The notes beneath the pieces were generated by a model that did no database searches, was not told the DNA's origin, and worked only from the letters and a program-made list of their open reading frames with translations. From Candidatus Woesearchaeota archaeon (GTDB lineage: Archaea; Nanobdellota; Nanobdellia; Woesearchaeales; GCA-2686295), in NCBI GenBank assembly GCA_016784125.1, contig JADHVI010000003.1, forward strand, positions 7,241 through 71,240: DNA of 64,000 nt, written 5' to 3'. Position numbers and translations under genes: made by a program. This document shows, piece by piece, positions 43,995-53,708 of the stretch. Numbering within the stretch: the stretch's first letter is position 1; the number at the start of each line of letters is the position of its first letter.

Positions 43995-44807
43995 ATGGGA
44001 AAACTATTAGTAAAAGATAAAGAAGTAGTAGTTCCAGGAGAAGTAATAGCAGATGGCATGGACTATCTGCCAAGCTTTGGAACTTACAGACAAAATGAAA
44101 AGATAATGGCAAACAGATTAGGCTTATTATCTGTTGACGGAAAAGTCGTCAAGACAATAGCCATTTCAGGGAGATATATCCCAAGAAGAAATGACGTAAT
44201 AATTGGAAGAGTATTTGATATATTAATGAGTGGCTGGAGAATGGATATTAACAGTGCATACTCAGCAGTACTAATGATGCAAGAAGCATCATTCAAATTC
44301 ATCCAAAAGGGTGCAGATCTATCAAAGTTCTTCGCACTAGATGATTACGTAGTAGCTAAAATAATAAGAGTCACATCACAAAATTTGATTGACTTAACAA
44401 TGAAAGGACCTGGGCTAAGGAAACTAGACGGTGGAAAAATCATTTCGATTAATACACATAAAGTTCCAAGAGTCATAGGCAAACAAGGATCAATGGTCTC
44501 AATGATCAAAGATGCAACTGGCTGCAGAATAACTGTAGGTCAGAATGGATTAGTATGGATAAACGGAGAGCCAGAACAAGAATCGATAGCCGTTAGTGCA
44601 ATCAAAAAAATTGAAAGCGAAGCTCACCACCCAGGACTAACAGATGAAATAAAGGTTTTTCTGGAAAAACGAACTGGGAAAAAAATCGTGAAAGCGATTC
44701 CACAACCAGAAAATAAACCCATATTCAAGAAACCAGAAAATACAGGTGCCCACAACAGTGAATCTGTTGAGGTCCCAGAACAAAAAGTTATGAGGAAATC
44801 ACAATGA
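43995..44807 (+). CDS. rrp4: exosome RNA-binding protein Rrp4
   Basis: VVPGE, S1 and KH (KVPRVIGKQGSM) domains. Confidence 0.95.
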   Translation: MGKLLVKDKEVVVPGEVIADGMDYLPSFGTYRQNEKIMANRLGLLSVDGKVVKTIAISGRYIPRRNDVIIGRVFDILMSGWRMDINSAYSAVLMMQEASFKFIQKGADLSKFFALDDYVVAKIIRVTSQNLIDLTMKGPGLRKLDGGKIISINTHKVPRVIGKQGSMVSMIKDATGCRITVGQNGLVWINGEPEQESIAVSAIKKIESEAHHPGLTDEIKVFLEKRTGKKIVKAIPQPENKPIFKKPENTGAHNSESVEVPEQKVMRKSQ

Positions 44808-45502
44808 CACTCAAAAAAAGACCTGATGGAAGAAAATTCGATCAGACAAGAAAAGTAGAGGCAAAAGCCGGAGTGATAAAGAACGCAGATGGATCAGGAT
44901 TTTTTAAGATAGGAAATACTAGTGCTTATGCAGCAGTATATGGCCCAAAAGAATTATTTCCAAGAAACAAACAGGATCCAAAGAAAGGACTGCTAAGATG
45001 CAACTACAACATGATGCCATTCTCAGGCGCAGGAGATAGAGTAAGACCCGGCCCAAGTAGAAGATCAAAAGAGATCTCAATGGTAACACAGAAAGCATTG
45101 CTTCCAGTAGTTGATTTAAGCAACTGCCCAAACGCAGTAGTAGATGTTTTTATCGAACTAACAGAAACAGATGCAGGTAGTAGATGCGCAGGAATATGCG
45201 CAGCTTCAATCGCGCTAGCAGATGCAGGAATAACTATGAAAGACATGGTCTCAGCAGTATCAGCAGGAATCGTAGATAATCAAGTATTAGTCGACTTAGA
45301 CTATCAAGAAGAAGCCTACGAAACAGGTGATGTTGCAGACATACCAGTCGCAATGATTCCAAACACAGAAGAGATAACACTACTGCAAATGGATGGTAGA
45401 ATCTCAAAAGAAGACTTCAAAAAAGCACTTGAAATGGTTAAACAACCATTGAAAGACTTGGCGGAGATTCAAAGAAAAGCTCTAAAAGAGAAATATAAGT
45501 GA
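44804..45502 (+). CDS. rrp41: exosome subunit Rrp41
   Basis: RPDGR, ADGS, YGP, SRRSKEIS, DAGSR. Confidence 0.95.
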   Translation: MTLKKRPDGRKFDQTRKVEAKAGVIKNADGSGFFKIGNTSAYAAVYGPKELFPRNKQDPKKGLLRCNYNMMPFSGAGDRVRPGPSRRSKEISMVTQKALLPVVDLSNCPNAVVDVFIELTETDAGSRCAGICAASIALADAGITMKDMVSAVSAGIVDNQVLVDLDYQEEAYETGDVADIPVAMIPNTEEITLLQMDGRISKEDFKKALEMVKQPLKDLAEIQRKALKEKYK

Positions 45503-45513
45503 GGTATTGAAAA

Positions 45514-46284
45514 ATGAATCAAGATTTCAAAAATCACATGTGCCAAGCACTAAAAAAGAATGTGCGAATGGACGGAAGAAAGAACGATGAGTTCAGAAAG
45601 ATAACTGTGCAAACAGGTGTCATCGCAGGTGCTGAAGGATCAGCAAAAGTTACTTGTGGAGATACTGAATTAATAGTAGGTATCAAGATGAATGTTGGAA
45701 CTCCATACCCAGACACACCTGATGCGGGTGTACTTATGACTGGAGCAGAATTATATCCTATGTCAAACCCACAGTTTGAAGTTGGACCTCCAGGAGACAT
45801 CGCAATAGAAACAGCAAGAGTAATCGATAGAGGAATTCGAGAATCAGGAGCAATCGATACAAAGAAGCTATGCATAGAAGCAGGAGAAAAAGTGTGGATG
45901 GTATGTCTGGACATTGCACCGGTTAACTTAGATGGAAATCTAATTGATCTAGGCGCACTAGGAGCAATCGCAGCTCTAAGAAATGCGAAGTTCCCAGAGT
46001 TGAAAGATGGCAAACCAGATTACAAGCATATTTCAAAGAAGGCGCTTCCAATCTCAAAGATACCAATAGAAATAACAGTCTCAAAGATAGGAGAAAGTTT
46101 CTTGGTAGACTTAACAAATGAAGAAGAAAAATTTGTTGATGCAAGATTGACAGTCGCAGTCTTGGAAGACGACACTCTATGTGCAATGCAGAAAGGTGGA
46201 GATTCTCCATTGACTCAGGACGAAATTTTAATGATGATTGATTTAGCAATCAAGAAAAGCAAAGATTTAAGAAAACTATTGTAA
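45514..46284 (+). CDS. rrp42: exosome subunit Rrp42
   Basis: RMDGR, PYPDTP, ARVIDRGIRES, AMQKGG. Confidence 0.95.
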   Translation: MNQDFKNHMCQALKKNVRMDGRKNDEFRKITVQTGVIAGAEGSAKVTCGDTELIVGIKMNVGTPYPDTPDAGVLMTGAELYPMSNPQFEVGPPGDIAIETARVIDRGIRESGAIDTKKLCIEAGEKVWMVCLDIAPVNLDGNLIDLGALGAIAALRNAKFPELKDGKPDYKHISKKALPISKIPIEITVSKIGESFLVDLTNEEEKFVDARLTVAVLEDDTLCAMQKGGDSPLTQDEILMMIDLAIKKSKDLRKLL

Positions 46285-46298
46285 TTGAGGTTTTAACC

Positions 46299-46559
46299 AT
46301 GGTTGATAATAGATTAGAAGAAGGAGAATTTACAAAGTACGAGATGGCTCGAATGATTGGAAGTAGATCATTGCAAATAGCAATGGGTGCGCCATTTCTC
46401 CTCAAGATATCGCCAAAGAAGCTAGAAGAGATGAAATACAATCCTGTCGAAGTAGCTAAGTTGGAGTTTCATGAGGGAGTATTGCCAATCACTGTAAAAA
46501 GAATTCTTCCACACAATAAAAAAGAGAACAAAGAACAATCTGAGAAGAAAGCTAAATAA
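46299..46559 (+). CDS. rpo6: RNA polymerase subunit Rpo6 (K)
   Basis: TKYEMARMIGSRSLQIAMGAP...LPITVKR. Confidence 0.95.
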   Translation: MVDNRLEEGEFTKYEMARMIGSRSLQIAMGAPFLLKISPKKLEEMKYNPVEVAKLEFHEGVLPITVKRILPHNKKENKEQSEKKAK

Positions 46560-46576
46560 TTTTATTTTTTTATTAT

Positions 46577-46993
46577 CTATTTATTATTACTAATAAATAA
46601 TCCATCTAATTGGTCTTCTAATAATCTCCAATAAGAAAAGCTTTCTCTGACAGCCATAGTTGTAGTATCTTTTTCTTGAACAGTTGAATCTATATTTGCA
46701 TTCCAAACATTTTCAGGGAAATCAATTGGTCTATTTTCACCCTCAATATAAACCCTGTTGCCTCTAGAAGTTCTGTGAAGATCATTGTGATTACTGTAAG
46801 GATCAATAGTTTTAATTACTGCTTCAGAAATGGGCATAATTGGTTGCTTTGATTCCCAACTAGAAGCATAAGTTAAAATGCTAATGGCTGCTCCGAATAA
46901 AACAATTAGTGAACTTGCAATATATGTTTCTGGTTTTCGGAGATATTCTGGCATATTTTTGGAAATAAGACTAAGTTTATATTCTTTTCTCAA
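46577..46993 (-). CDS. hypothetical membrane-anchored protein (start uncertain)
   Basis: one TM segment; fills gap between rpo6 and tyrS. Confidence 0.6.
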   Translation of the reverse strand: MRKEYKLSLISKNMPEYLRKPETYIASSLIVLFGAAISILTYASSWESKQPIMPISEAVIKTIDPYSNHNDLHRTSRGNRVYIEGENRPIDFPENVWNANIDSTVQEKDTTTMAVRESFSYWRLLEDQLDGLFISNNK

Positions 46994-47036
46994 AAATAGA
47001 AAGAGTTAAATATAATCTTCTCCTATTTTTCTTAAA

Positions 47037-48113
47037 ATGGACATAGACAAAAGACTCGAACTAATAGGCCAAGTAGGCGAAGAAATAATAACTCCTTCAG
47101 ACCTCAGAGCGCTTCTCGAAGAGAAGAAGCGTTTCATAGCTTATGACGGATTTGAGCCTTCAGGAACCATGCATATAGCACAAGGAATTCTCAGAGCTAT
47201 CAATGTTAACAAGATGACCAAGGCAGGCGCCAAGTTCAAAATGCTAGTTGCAGATTGGCATGGATGGGCAAACAACAAAATGGGTGGTGACTTGGATAGG
47301 ATTCAAACAGTTGGAAAATACTTCATCGAAGTTTGGAAGGCATCAGGTATGAAGTTGGATGACGTAGAATTTATCTGGGTTAGTGATATGGTTAAAGATC
47401 AGGAATACTGGAAGAAAGTTATGCAAGTAGCGAGAAATTCCACTATGAAAAGAATCATTAGATGCGGACAGATAATGGGTCGAAAAGAAGGAGAAGTAAT
47501 GCAAGCATCACAGATATTATATCCTTGTATGCAAGCAGCAGATATATTTCATCTGAAAGCAGATGTCTGCCAGCTGGGAATGGATCAAAGAAAAGTAAAT
47601 GTCTTGGCAAGAGAAGTAGGTCCAAAACTTGGCTACTGGAAACCAATTGTTGTAAGTCATCACATGTTGATGGGATTAGGACAACCTACTAGTTCAGAAA
47701 AAGACGCTGTAGACAGAGCAATCGATTTGAAGATGAGCAAATCAAAACCAGACTCTGCTATATTTATGACTGATACAAAGGAAGAAATCAAGAGGAAAAT
47801 CAATAAAGCGTACTGTCCTCAAGGAGAATCATTTGAGAACCCAATATTGGAATACTGTAAATACATAATATTTGAGAAATACAAAACACTGACAATTGAG
47901 AGGCCTGAGAAATTTGGTGGTAACCTGGAATTTAAGAGTTATGCTGAACTAGAAAAAGAGTTTATAGCTGGAAAACTACATCCGATGGACTTGAAGAACA
48001 CAGTTGCAGCAAAGATTGACGAACTAATAGAGCCGGTCAGAATTCACTTTGAAAAGAATTCTAAAGCTAGAAAACTCAAAGAACAAGTCGAGAGCTTCAA
48101 AGTAACCAGGTGA
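47037..48113 (+). CDS. tyrS: tyrosyl-tRNA synthetase (archaeal type)
   Basis: AYDGFEPSG, HIAQ, YPCMQAAD, GMDQRK, KMSKS. Confidence 0.96.
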   Translation: MDIDKRLELIGQVGEEIITPSDLRALLEEKKRFIAYDGFEPSGTMHIAQGILRAINVNKMTKAGAKFKMLVADWHGWANNKMGGDLDRIQTVGKYFIEVWKASGMKLDDVEFIWVSDMVKDQEYWKKVMQVARNSTMKRIIRCGQIMGRKEGEVMQASQILYPCMQAADIFHLKADVCQLGMDQRKVNVLAREVGPKLGYWKPIVVSHHMLMGLGQPTSSEKDAVDRAIDLKMSKSKPDSAIFMTDTKEEIKRKINKAYCPQGESFENPILEYCKYIIFEKYKTLTIERPEKFGGNLEFKSYAELEKEFIAGKLHPMDLKNTVAAKIDELIEPVRIHFEKNSKARKLKEQVESFKVTR

Positions 48114-48119
48114 TTTTCA

Positions 48120-48881
48120 ATGCCTAATTTTGATTCTATCAAAAACATAGTTGTAGATGAATACTCAACTGAACCTGCGCAAGAAAGATATAGAAAAAAC
48201 ACTCGTGCTGGATTATGGAAATCTGAAACAATTTTGTTTGAGAAATATTTGAAACCAGGATCTTCAGTTCTAGACATTGGTTGTGGTTCAGGAAGAACAA
48301 GTTTTGCGCTTGCAAAAATGGGTTATAAAGTAACTGCCATTGATTTAACACCTGCAATGATTGCATCTGCTAAGCAACTTGGCAAAGAATTTGATATGGA
48401 TTTAGATTTCAGATTAGGTGACGCAACAAACTTAGACTTTGAAAAAGAGAGCTTTGACAACGCAGTATTCTCATTTAATGGATGGGATAATATTCCTGGA
48501 AGGGAAAATAGGTTAAAATCGTTGCAAGAAGTCTACAGAGTTCTAAAACCAGGCGGAGTATATGTCTTAACATCTCATGTTAGAAAGATGGGAAAATATA
48601 CTCCTTTTTGGATAGCGCAGTGGATGAAAATGTATATCTTGAAACCATTTGGATACAAAGTAATGGAAAAAGAATGGGGCGACAGATTCTTCAAACAAGA
48701 ACAATCGGGTTTGAAAATGAAGAATAAACAGTTTGCATGCATACCAAGCTTAAAAGAAATAAAATATCAAATAGCAAAAGCTGGTTTTACACTAGAGTTT
48801 TATGATTATAGAAATAATATTTCAAAAGAGGAACTAACAGCAGGAAACTGTACGTTCTTTATTTGCAAGAAAAATGGGTGA
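48120..48881 (+). CDS. class I SAM-dependent methyltransferase
   Basis: VLDIGCGSGR, RVLKPGG. Confidence 0.9.
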   Translation: MPNFDSIKNIVVDEYSTEPAQERYRKNTRAGLWKSETILFEKYLKPGSSVLDIGCGSGRTSFALAKMGYKVTAIDLTPAMIASAKQLGKEFDMDLDFRLGDATNLDFEKESFDNAVFSFNGWDNIPGRENRLKSLQEVYRVLKPGGVYVLTSHVRKMGKYTPFWIAQWMKMYILKPFGYKVMEKEWGDRFFKQEQSGLKMKNKQFACIPSLKEIKYQIAKAGFTLEFYDYRNNISKEELTAGNCTFFICKKNG

Positions 48882-49845
48882 CTGGGAATCAATATTCAAA
48901 GAGAGGAAAGATATTTTTAGAGAGCCTCAGGAAGATATGAATAAAATCATTGCTCTTTTGAAAAAAGAAAAAGCTAAAAGAGTTCTTGATCTAGGATGCG
49001 GTACAGGAAGACATACAGTTCTATTATCAAAAAACGGATTTGAAGTTTATGCGGCTGATATTTCAGAATCTGGAATAAAGAACGCAAAAAAGTGGTTGAA
49101 AGAAGAAGGTTTGAATGCCAAGTTCAAGATTCAAGATTTTTATAAAAAATTTAACTTTAAAGATGGTTTTTTTGATGCTGTGATATCAACGCAGTCTATT
49201 CATCACAATTATCAAGATAAAGTTCAGTTCTGCATTTCCGAAATCGAAAGAGTTCTCAAACCAGGCGGAATTGCTTTTGTAACTGTTTCAGCCAGCAAAT
49301 ACAAACGCAGAGCTTCTAAATATAAAATTGTAGGTCCCAGAGTTTATGTTCCAATGGATGGGGCTGAAAAAGGACTGCCTCATTTTATTTATACTAAGTC
49401 TTTGTTGAGAAAAGATTTTAAGAATTTTAAAATTATAAGTTTGCATATGGACAAAGGAAAACATTACTGTGTTTTAGGAAGGAAAGGCAATACAACTAAA
49501 TTCCAAGAAAATATCTATGCGAAGCTGAGGAAAGTGCCGAAAGGCAAAGTAACGACTTATGGAGAACTAGCCAAAGCAGTAAAGAGTAAAGCTTATCGCG
49601 CAGTTGGTAGTGCAATGAACAAGAACCCATATGTGTCTGAAAAGCATAGCTTTTCTGAACATGCCAAAAATAAAGAATTTTTGAGCACGCCTCAAGTACC
49701 ATGCCACAGAGTTGTTTGTAGCGATGGAAGTATTGGTGGTTTTGCATCTGGAGTCAAAAAGAAGATTGCAATCTTAGAAAAGGAAGGAGTTCTAGTAAAG
49801 AAGAATAAAATAGTTGATTTTGAAAAGAAACTCTACAAGTTCTAA
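48874..49845 (+). CDS. class I methyltransferase fused to MGMT/Ogt DNA-repair domain (with 18-aa insertion)
   Basis: VLDLGCGTGRH; C-terminal VPKGKVTTYGELA...RAVG...PCHRV. Confidence 0.88.
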   Translation: MGDWESIFKERKDIFREPQEDMNKIIALLKKEKAKRVLDLGCGTGRHTVLLSKNGFEVYAADISESGIKNAKKWLKEEGLNAKFKIQDFYKKFNFKDGFFDAVISTQSIHHNYQDKVQFCISEIERVLKPGGIAFVTVSASKYKRRASKYKIVGPRVYVPMDGAEKGLPHFIYTKSLLRKDFKNFKIISLHMDKGKHYCVLGRKGNTTKFQENIYAKLRKVPKGKVTTYGELAKAVKSKAYRAVGSAMNKNPYVSEKHSFSEHAKNKEFLSTPQVPCHRVVCSDGSIGGFASGVKKKIAILEKEGVLVKKNKIVDFEKKLYKF

Positions 49846-50393
49846 GAATATTGCTCAAGAATACTGGGATTATCAGCAAGTTTTTTTCTAGCATCGTCAA
49901 TTTTGGCGTTCAAATCTACAACTTCTTGTTCATTTCTATTTGTAATACAATAATTCGCTTTGCCAGAGGAGTGATCTTTCCCTTCAACAACACGTTTTAT
50001 TTGGTATAATCCTGTTATAATAATGTGTTTTTTATTAACAGAAATACTAGGATTTAATTCAACTGCTCTTAAAATATTTTCTTCCCGCTCTTGTTTGTCA
50101 GTTGTTACATCTGAAAGTTCGAGATATAAAAAAGATAATTTAGTTGCAAAGTGATTAATAACTTGCATGTTTTTAGCATATAAATCTGTGTATCCAAAAG
50201 CAGACATGTGCAAACTGGCTGCAACTCCTCCTACAATAAAATCTTCTATATGTTTAATGTTTTTTCTGTGTCCTTTTGCTGCGGTTAGTTTATCTACAGG
50301 AATCTCTACTTTAATTGCAGTCATTCTTGCAGAAATTCCACGTCGTATATAAACCTTGGCATGATTACTATTAACTAGAAAATTCTTTGTCAA
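49842..50393 (-). CDS. hypothetical protein (start uncertain)
   Basis: 183-aa ORF downstream of 50371..50829. Confidence 0.55.
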   Translation of the reverse strand: MTKNFLVNSNHAKVYIRRGISARMTAIKVEIPVDKLTAAKGHRKNIKHIEDFIVGGVAASLHMSAFGYTDLYAKNMQVINHFATKLSFLYLELSDVTTDKQEREENILRAVELNPSISVNKKHIIITGLYQIKRVVEGKDHSSGKANYCITNRNEQEVVDLNAKIDDARKKLADNPSILEQYS

Positions 50394-50829
50394 CTGCTTT
50401 CAAATAGTCTTTAACTCTTTTCAGCACAGAATTCAAATAATATTTTTCGATGTTCTCTTCATATAAATCAAGAAGTTTGGAGTTTTCTTTTATCCGATAA
50501 TTATTTGCAATCTTTTCGACGAAGAACAAGTCTCTGATTCTCAGCAATTGGCGCCTAATATTTGAAGGTGCAATACCCAACAAAGGTTGTTTGTACTTCT
50601 TACGATTAGCAATAGTCAATTCTTCAACTTCTTTGCTTGTTAATTCTTTCTTGGCTTCCAGCATCACCTGAAATACGTCGACCACTACATCCCTTGAATC
50701 CCCTGGTTGTAATAGTCCAACAGAAAGGCATAATTTCCTGACAAGCTCTCGTTTCTCTAAACCACTAGGGGTTTCGTACTTCCTAATAGTCATCTCTGCT
50801 AATGGGCTGTCTGTAGATATTTTTGCCAT
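50371..50829 (-). CDS. conserved hypothetical protein, probable winged-helix
   Basis: LCLSVGLLQPGDSRD; SNIRRQLLRIRDLFFVEK wHTH-like. Confidence 0.75.
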   Translation of the reverse strand: MAKISTDSPLAEMTIRKYETPSGLEKRELVRKLCLSVGLLQPGDSRDVVVDVFQVMLEAKKELTSKEVEELTIANRKKYKQPLLGIAPSNIRRQLLRIRDLFFVEKIANNYRIKENSKLLDLYEENIEKYYLNSVLKRVKDYLKAVDKEFSS

Positions 50830-50922
50830 AAAGATTTGTTGAAGATGTTAGTATTTATAGTTTTTGAATTTTATAGTGATTTCTGCGATAATTTTTTATA
50901 GAGATTATAATCATTTATCTCT

Positions 50923-52665
50923 ATGGGGGTTTGTAGTAAAAAGGAATTGAAGATATTCATCACTTTTTTCTTAATATATGTTATATTCGCGCAGAGTATT
51001 GCTTGGAATGAAAATACTAGGCTAGATCTGACTTTAGCTATTGTAGATGAAGGAACATTTGCAATAGATTCCTACTTTGAAAACACAGGTGACAGAGTTA
51101 CTTTCAATGATCATTATTACACAGATAAAGCTCCAGGAATGTCTTTTTTAGGAATACCATCATATTTTGTCTATAAACAATTTTTTGGACCGCCAACTGT
51201 TGGAGAAGAACTATATGCTCCTTTATCAAAGAGTTTTGCTTCAGCTTTATTTATAGTAATAATATTTACTTCTGCTCTCTTAGGAGCATTGAGTGTAGTT
51301 TTAGTATACAGAGTATCAAATTTTTTCACGAAAAGAAAACTCCACAAAAACTTAATTGTGCTAATATATGGCCTTGGAACACTCATTTTTGTTTACTCAA
51401 GAATCTTCATGTCACATACAGCTGCAGCGTTTTTCTCATTTTTATGTTTCTATTTAATATTAAAAGCAAACCAAGAGAAGAGCAAGAAAAAATATTATTT
51501 TTTATTGGCAGGACTCAGTGGAGGTTTTGGTCTGATAACCGATTACACCGTTCTAATTGTTCTAATCATTTCTTTTTTAATGATATTTCTTGGAACCTCA
51601 AAATACAAGCTTGTTTTCACTTCTAAACTAAAACATTCTGGATTGTTCATTTTAGGATTCATATTAATTTTCTCACTCTTAATCTTTTATAATCAACAAG
51701 TCTTCAACAAGAGCATTGCTTACCCATATTCATATGTAGATTCGTCTGTGTGGACTGATTCGAGCTATGAACTATATGGTGTTACGTGTGAAGGGCTCTC
51801 ACCAGATGACACTTATCGTTGTAAAGCTATAGGAACACAAGATGTAAAACTGTGTGAAGAAATATCAGATTTTAATACTAGAGACAGTTGTTTTTTATCT
51901 CTTGCATTTTCACTAAAAGAGATTGATGTTTGCAACAATATTCTAAATAAAGATAACTCGTATTTTTGCAAATCTAGAGTGAACTACGACAAATCATTCT
52001 GTAACGAAATAGTGGATCAATCTATTAAGAAAGAATGCGTGGGAGAACTGTCAATAATAAAAAAAGTGTCTAATATTTTCTTCCTAAACAAAGAAGATGT
52101 ACCTCTAAAAATGTTTAGATTGTCATTCTTTCCTTATAGAGGATTATTTTTCTATTTTCCAATTTTAATATTTTCAATCATAGGTTTGTTCTTTATGTTC
52201 AAAAAGTACAAGTTTGAATCTTTGGCAATAGCAGGGCTGTTTTTAGTTTTATTGTGGTTTAGTGCATCACTAACTGTTTGGTGGGGTGGTTATGCTTTTG
52301 GTCCACGTCACATGACTCCTCTGATGCCTTTCTTAATGATTCCATTATTATTTTCTCTTAAAAAAATTAAGCTTCGTTACATAATGCCTTTTATAGTAAT
52401 ATCAATATTCTTCTGCGTTTTAAGTTTACAAATTCCAGAAGAAGCAGGTTTAGGTAAAACTGTTGATAATCTTACACCGTTTGGAAATCCTTTATTTGAT
52501 CATTATCTTCCTTCATTCTTGGAATCGGGACCAAGAACTATTTTATTAGAGAAATTATCTGATGTGTTTATGTCTAACATGGGATTTAAAATAGCTATAA
52601 TTTTATCATTATTGGTTTGGCATAAAGAATTGTATCGCTTAATTAGAAAAAAATCTTTTAAGTAG
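50923..52665 (+). CDS. polytopic GT-C-like membrane glycosyltransferase with Cys-rich extracellular insert
   Basis: about 11-13 TM, NENTR...YYTDKAPG, WWGGYAFGPRH; 8-Cys repeat loop. Confidence 0.7.
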   Translation: MGVCSKKELKIFITFFLIYVIFAQSIAWNENTRLDLTLAIVDEGTFAIDSYFENTGDRVTFNDHYYTDKAPGMSFLGIPSYFVYKQFFGPPTVGEELYAPLSKSFASALFIVIIFTSALLGALSVVLVYRVSNFFTKRKLHKNLIVLIYGLGTLIFVYSRIFMSHTAAAFFSFLCFYLILKANQEKSKKKYYFLLAGLSGGFGLITDYTVLIVLIISFLMIFLGTSKYKLVFTSKLKHSGLFILGFILIFSLLIFYNQQVFNKSIAYPYSYVDSSVWTDSSYELYGVTCEGLSPDDTYRCKAIGTQDVKLCEEISDFNTRDSCFLSLAFSLKEIDVCNNILNKDNSYFCKSRVNYDKSFCNEIVDQSIKKECVGELSIIKKVSNIFFLNKEDVPLKMFRLSFFPYRGLFFYFPILIFSIIGLFFMFKKYKFESLAIAGLFLVLLWFSASLTVWWGGYAFGPRHMTPLMPFLMIPLLFSLKKIKLRYIMPFIVISIFFCVLSLQIPEEAGLGKTVDNLTPFGNPLFDHYLPSFLESGPRTILLEKLSDVFMSNMGFKIAIILSLLVWHKELYRLIRKKSFK

Positions 52666-53646
52666 CAAACATTTTCTATTTGATAGTAAGATTTCATTCA
52701 AAGCTTGTCTAAGTCCAAACTTATGTCTTCTTATCTTGAGAATGTTTTTTTCAACAAGAACTTTTTTGACAAGCAAATCAAGTTTATTGCTATCTGCATA
52801 CAATTGATTCATAACTTTATTTGGTATCTGTAGATCCAGAAGGGGTCTAATTTTTTTAAAAGCAAAATAAGTACTGCTTGAAACACCCCAATTTTTAGAT
52901 GTTTTTATCAAAAAATCCCAATTAATTTGGTTTTTCTTTAGTAAAAGTGAGATGTCAACTAAGTATTTCAAAGGACTTCGAAATAGGTCGTGGTGTGCTA
53001 AGAAAGTTGATATAAGAATAACTTCATGCTCTGGACATAAATAGTTTTTTTTTGAATGTTGAAATAACTCTTCAATAGAAATGTTGTAAGGATCTGTTTT
53101 TTCAAATACTTGCCAATGAAGATCAATGTGGCAGTCAACCATCCCAACTTTTTTGACAAAAGGTAGCTGTGTGCTAAACTCTTCTAAATATTTCTTAGAA
53201 TGGATTTGCTCAAATAACCCAAATCCATTTGCTTTAAGAATCTCTACTGCTCGTTTTTTATCTTCTTCTAAAATCAAAATATCAATATCCATAAATTCTC
53301 TAAGTCCAATTTTATAATAACCTTGAGAAACCATTGATGCTCCTTTGAAAACGAGGAATCTAATTTTATTTTTTTGAAATATCTTAGAAACTCTATCAAG
53401 TTCTTTTTTTAACAACAGACTATACATCAAAACGTTTTTGTAATTATTTTTTAGCTCTAACTTTTTATTCTTAGGAATTGAGCTTGAATGTTTCAATTTC
53501 TCATAAACTATTCCGCCAATTAAATTATAACTATGGATACTTTCTAATTTGTCCCAGTCAATACATGGTAACTTGTTCTCTTTAATGTTTTTATTATTGA
53601 TGAATTGCTTTGTGATTTCCAGTATGGTCTGTTCTTCTTTGTTCAT
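52639..53646 (-). CDS. nucleotidyltransferase (NTP_transf_5-like)
   Basis: FKGAS...Y...REFMDIDILI...IDLHW. Confidence 0.85.
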   Translation of the reverse strand: MNKEEQTILEITKQFINNKNIKENKLPCIDWDKLESIHSYNLIGGIVYEKLKHSSSIPKNKKLELKNNYKNVLMYSLLLKKELDRVSKIFQKNKIRFLVFKGASMVSQGYYKIGLREFMDIDILILEEDKKRAVEILKANGFGLFEQIHSKKYLEEFSTQLPFVKKVGMVDCHIDLHWQVFEKTDPYNISIEELFQHSKKNYLCPEHEVILISTFLAHHDLFRSPLKYLVDISLLLKKNQINWDFLIKTSKNWGVSSSTYFAFKKIRPLLDLQIPNKVMNQLYADSNKLDLLVKKVLVEKNILKIRRHKFGLRQALNEILLSNRKCLLLKRFFSN

Positions 53647-53708
53647 TGATCTTTTCAATATGAATAACTATTTAAGTTAATCGAAATTTGTTACAATTGA
53701 TCTGCATC

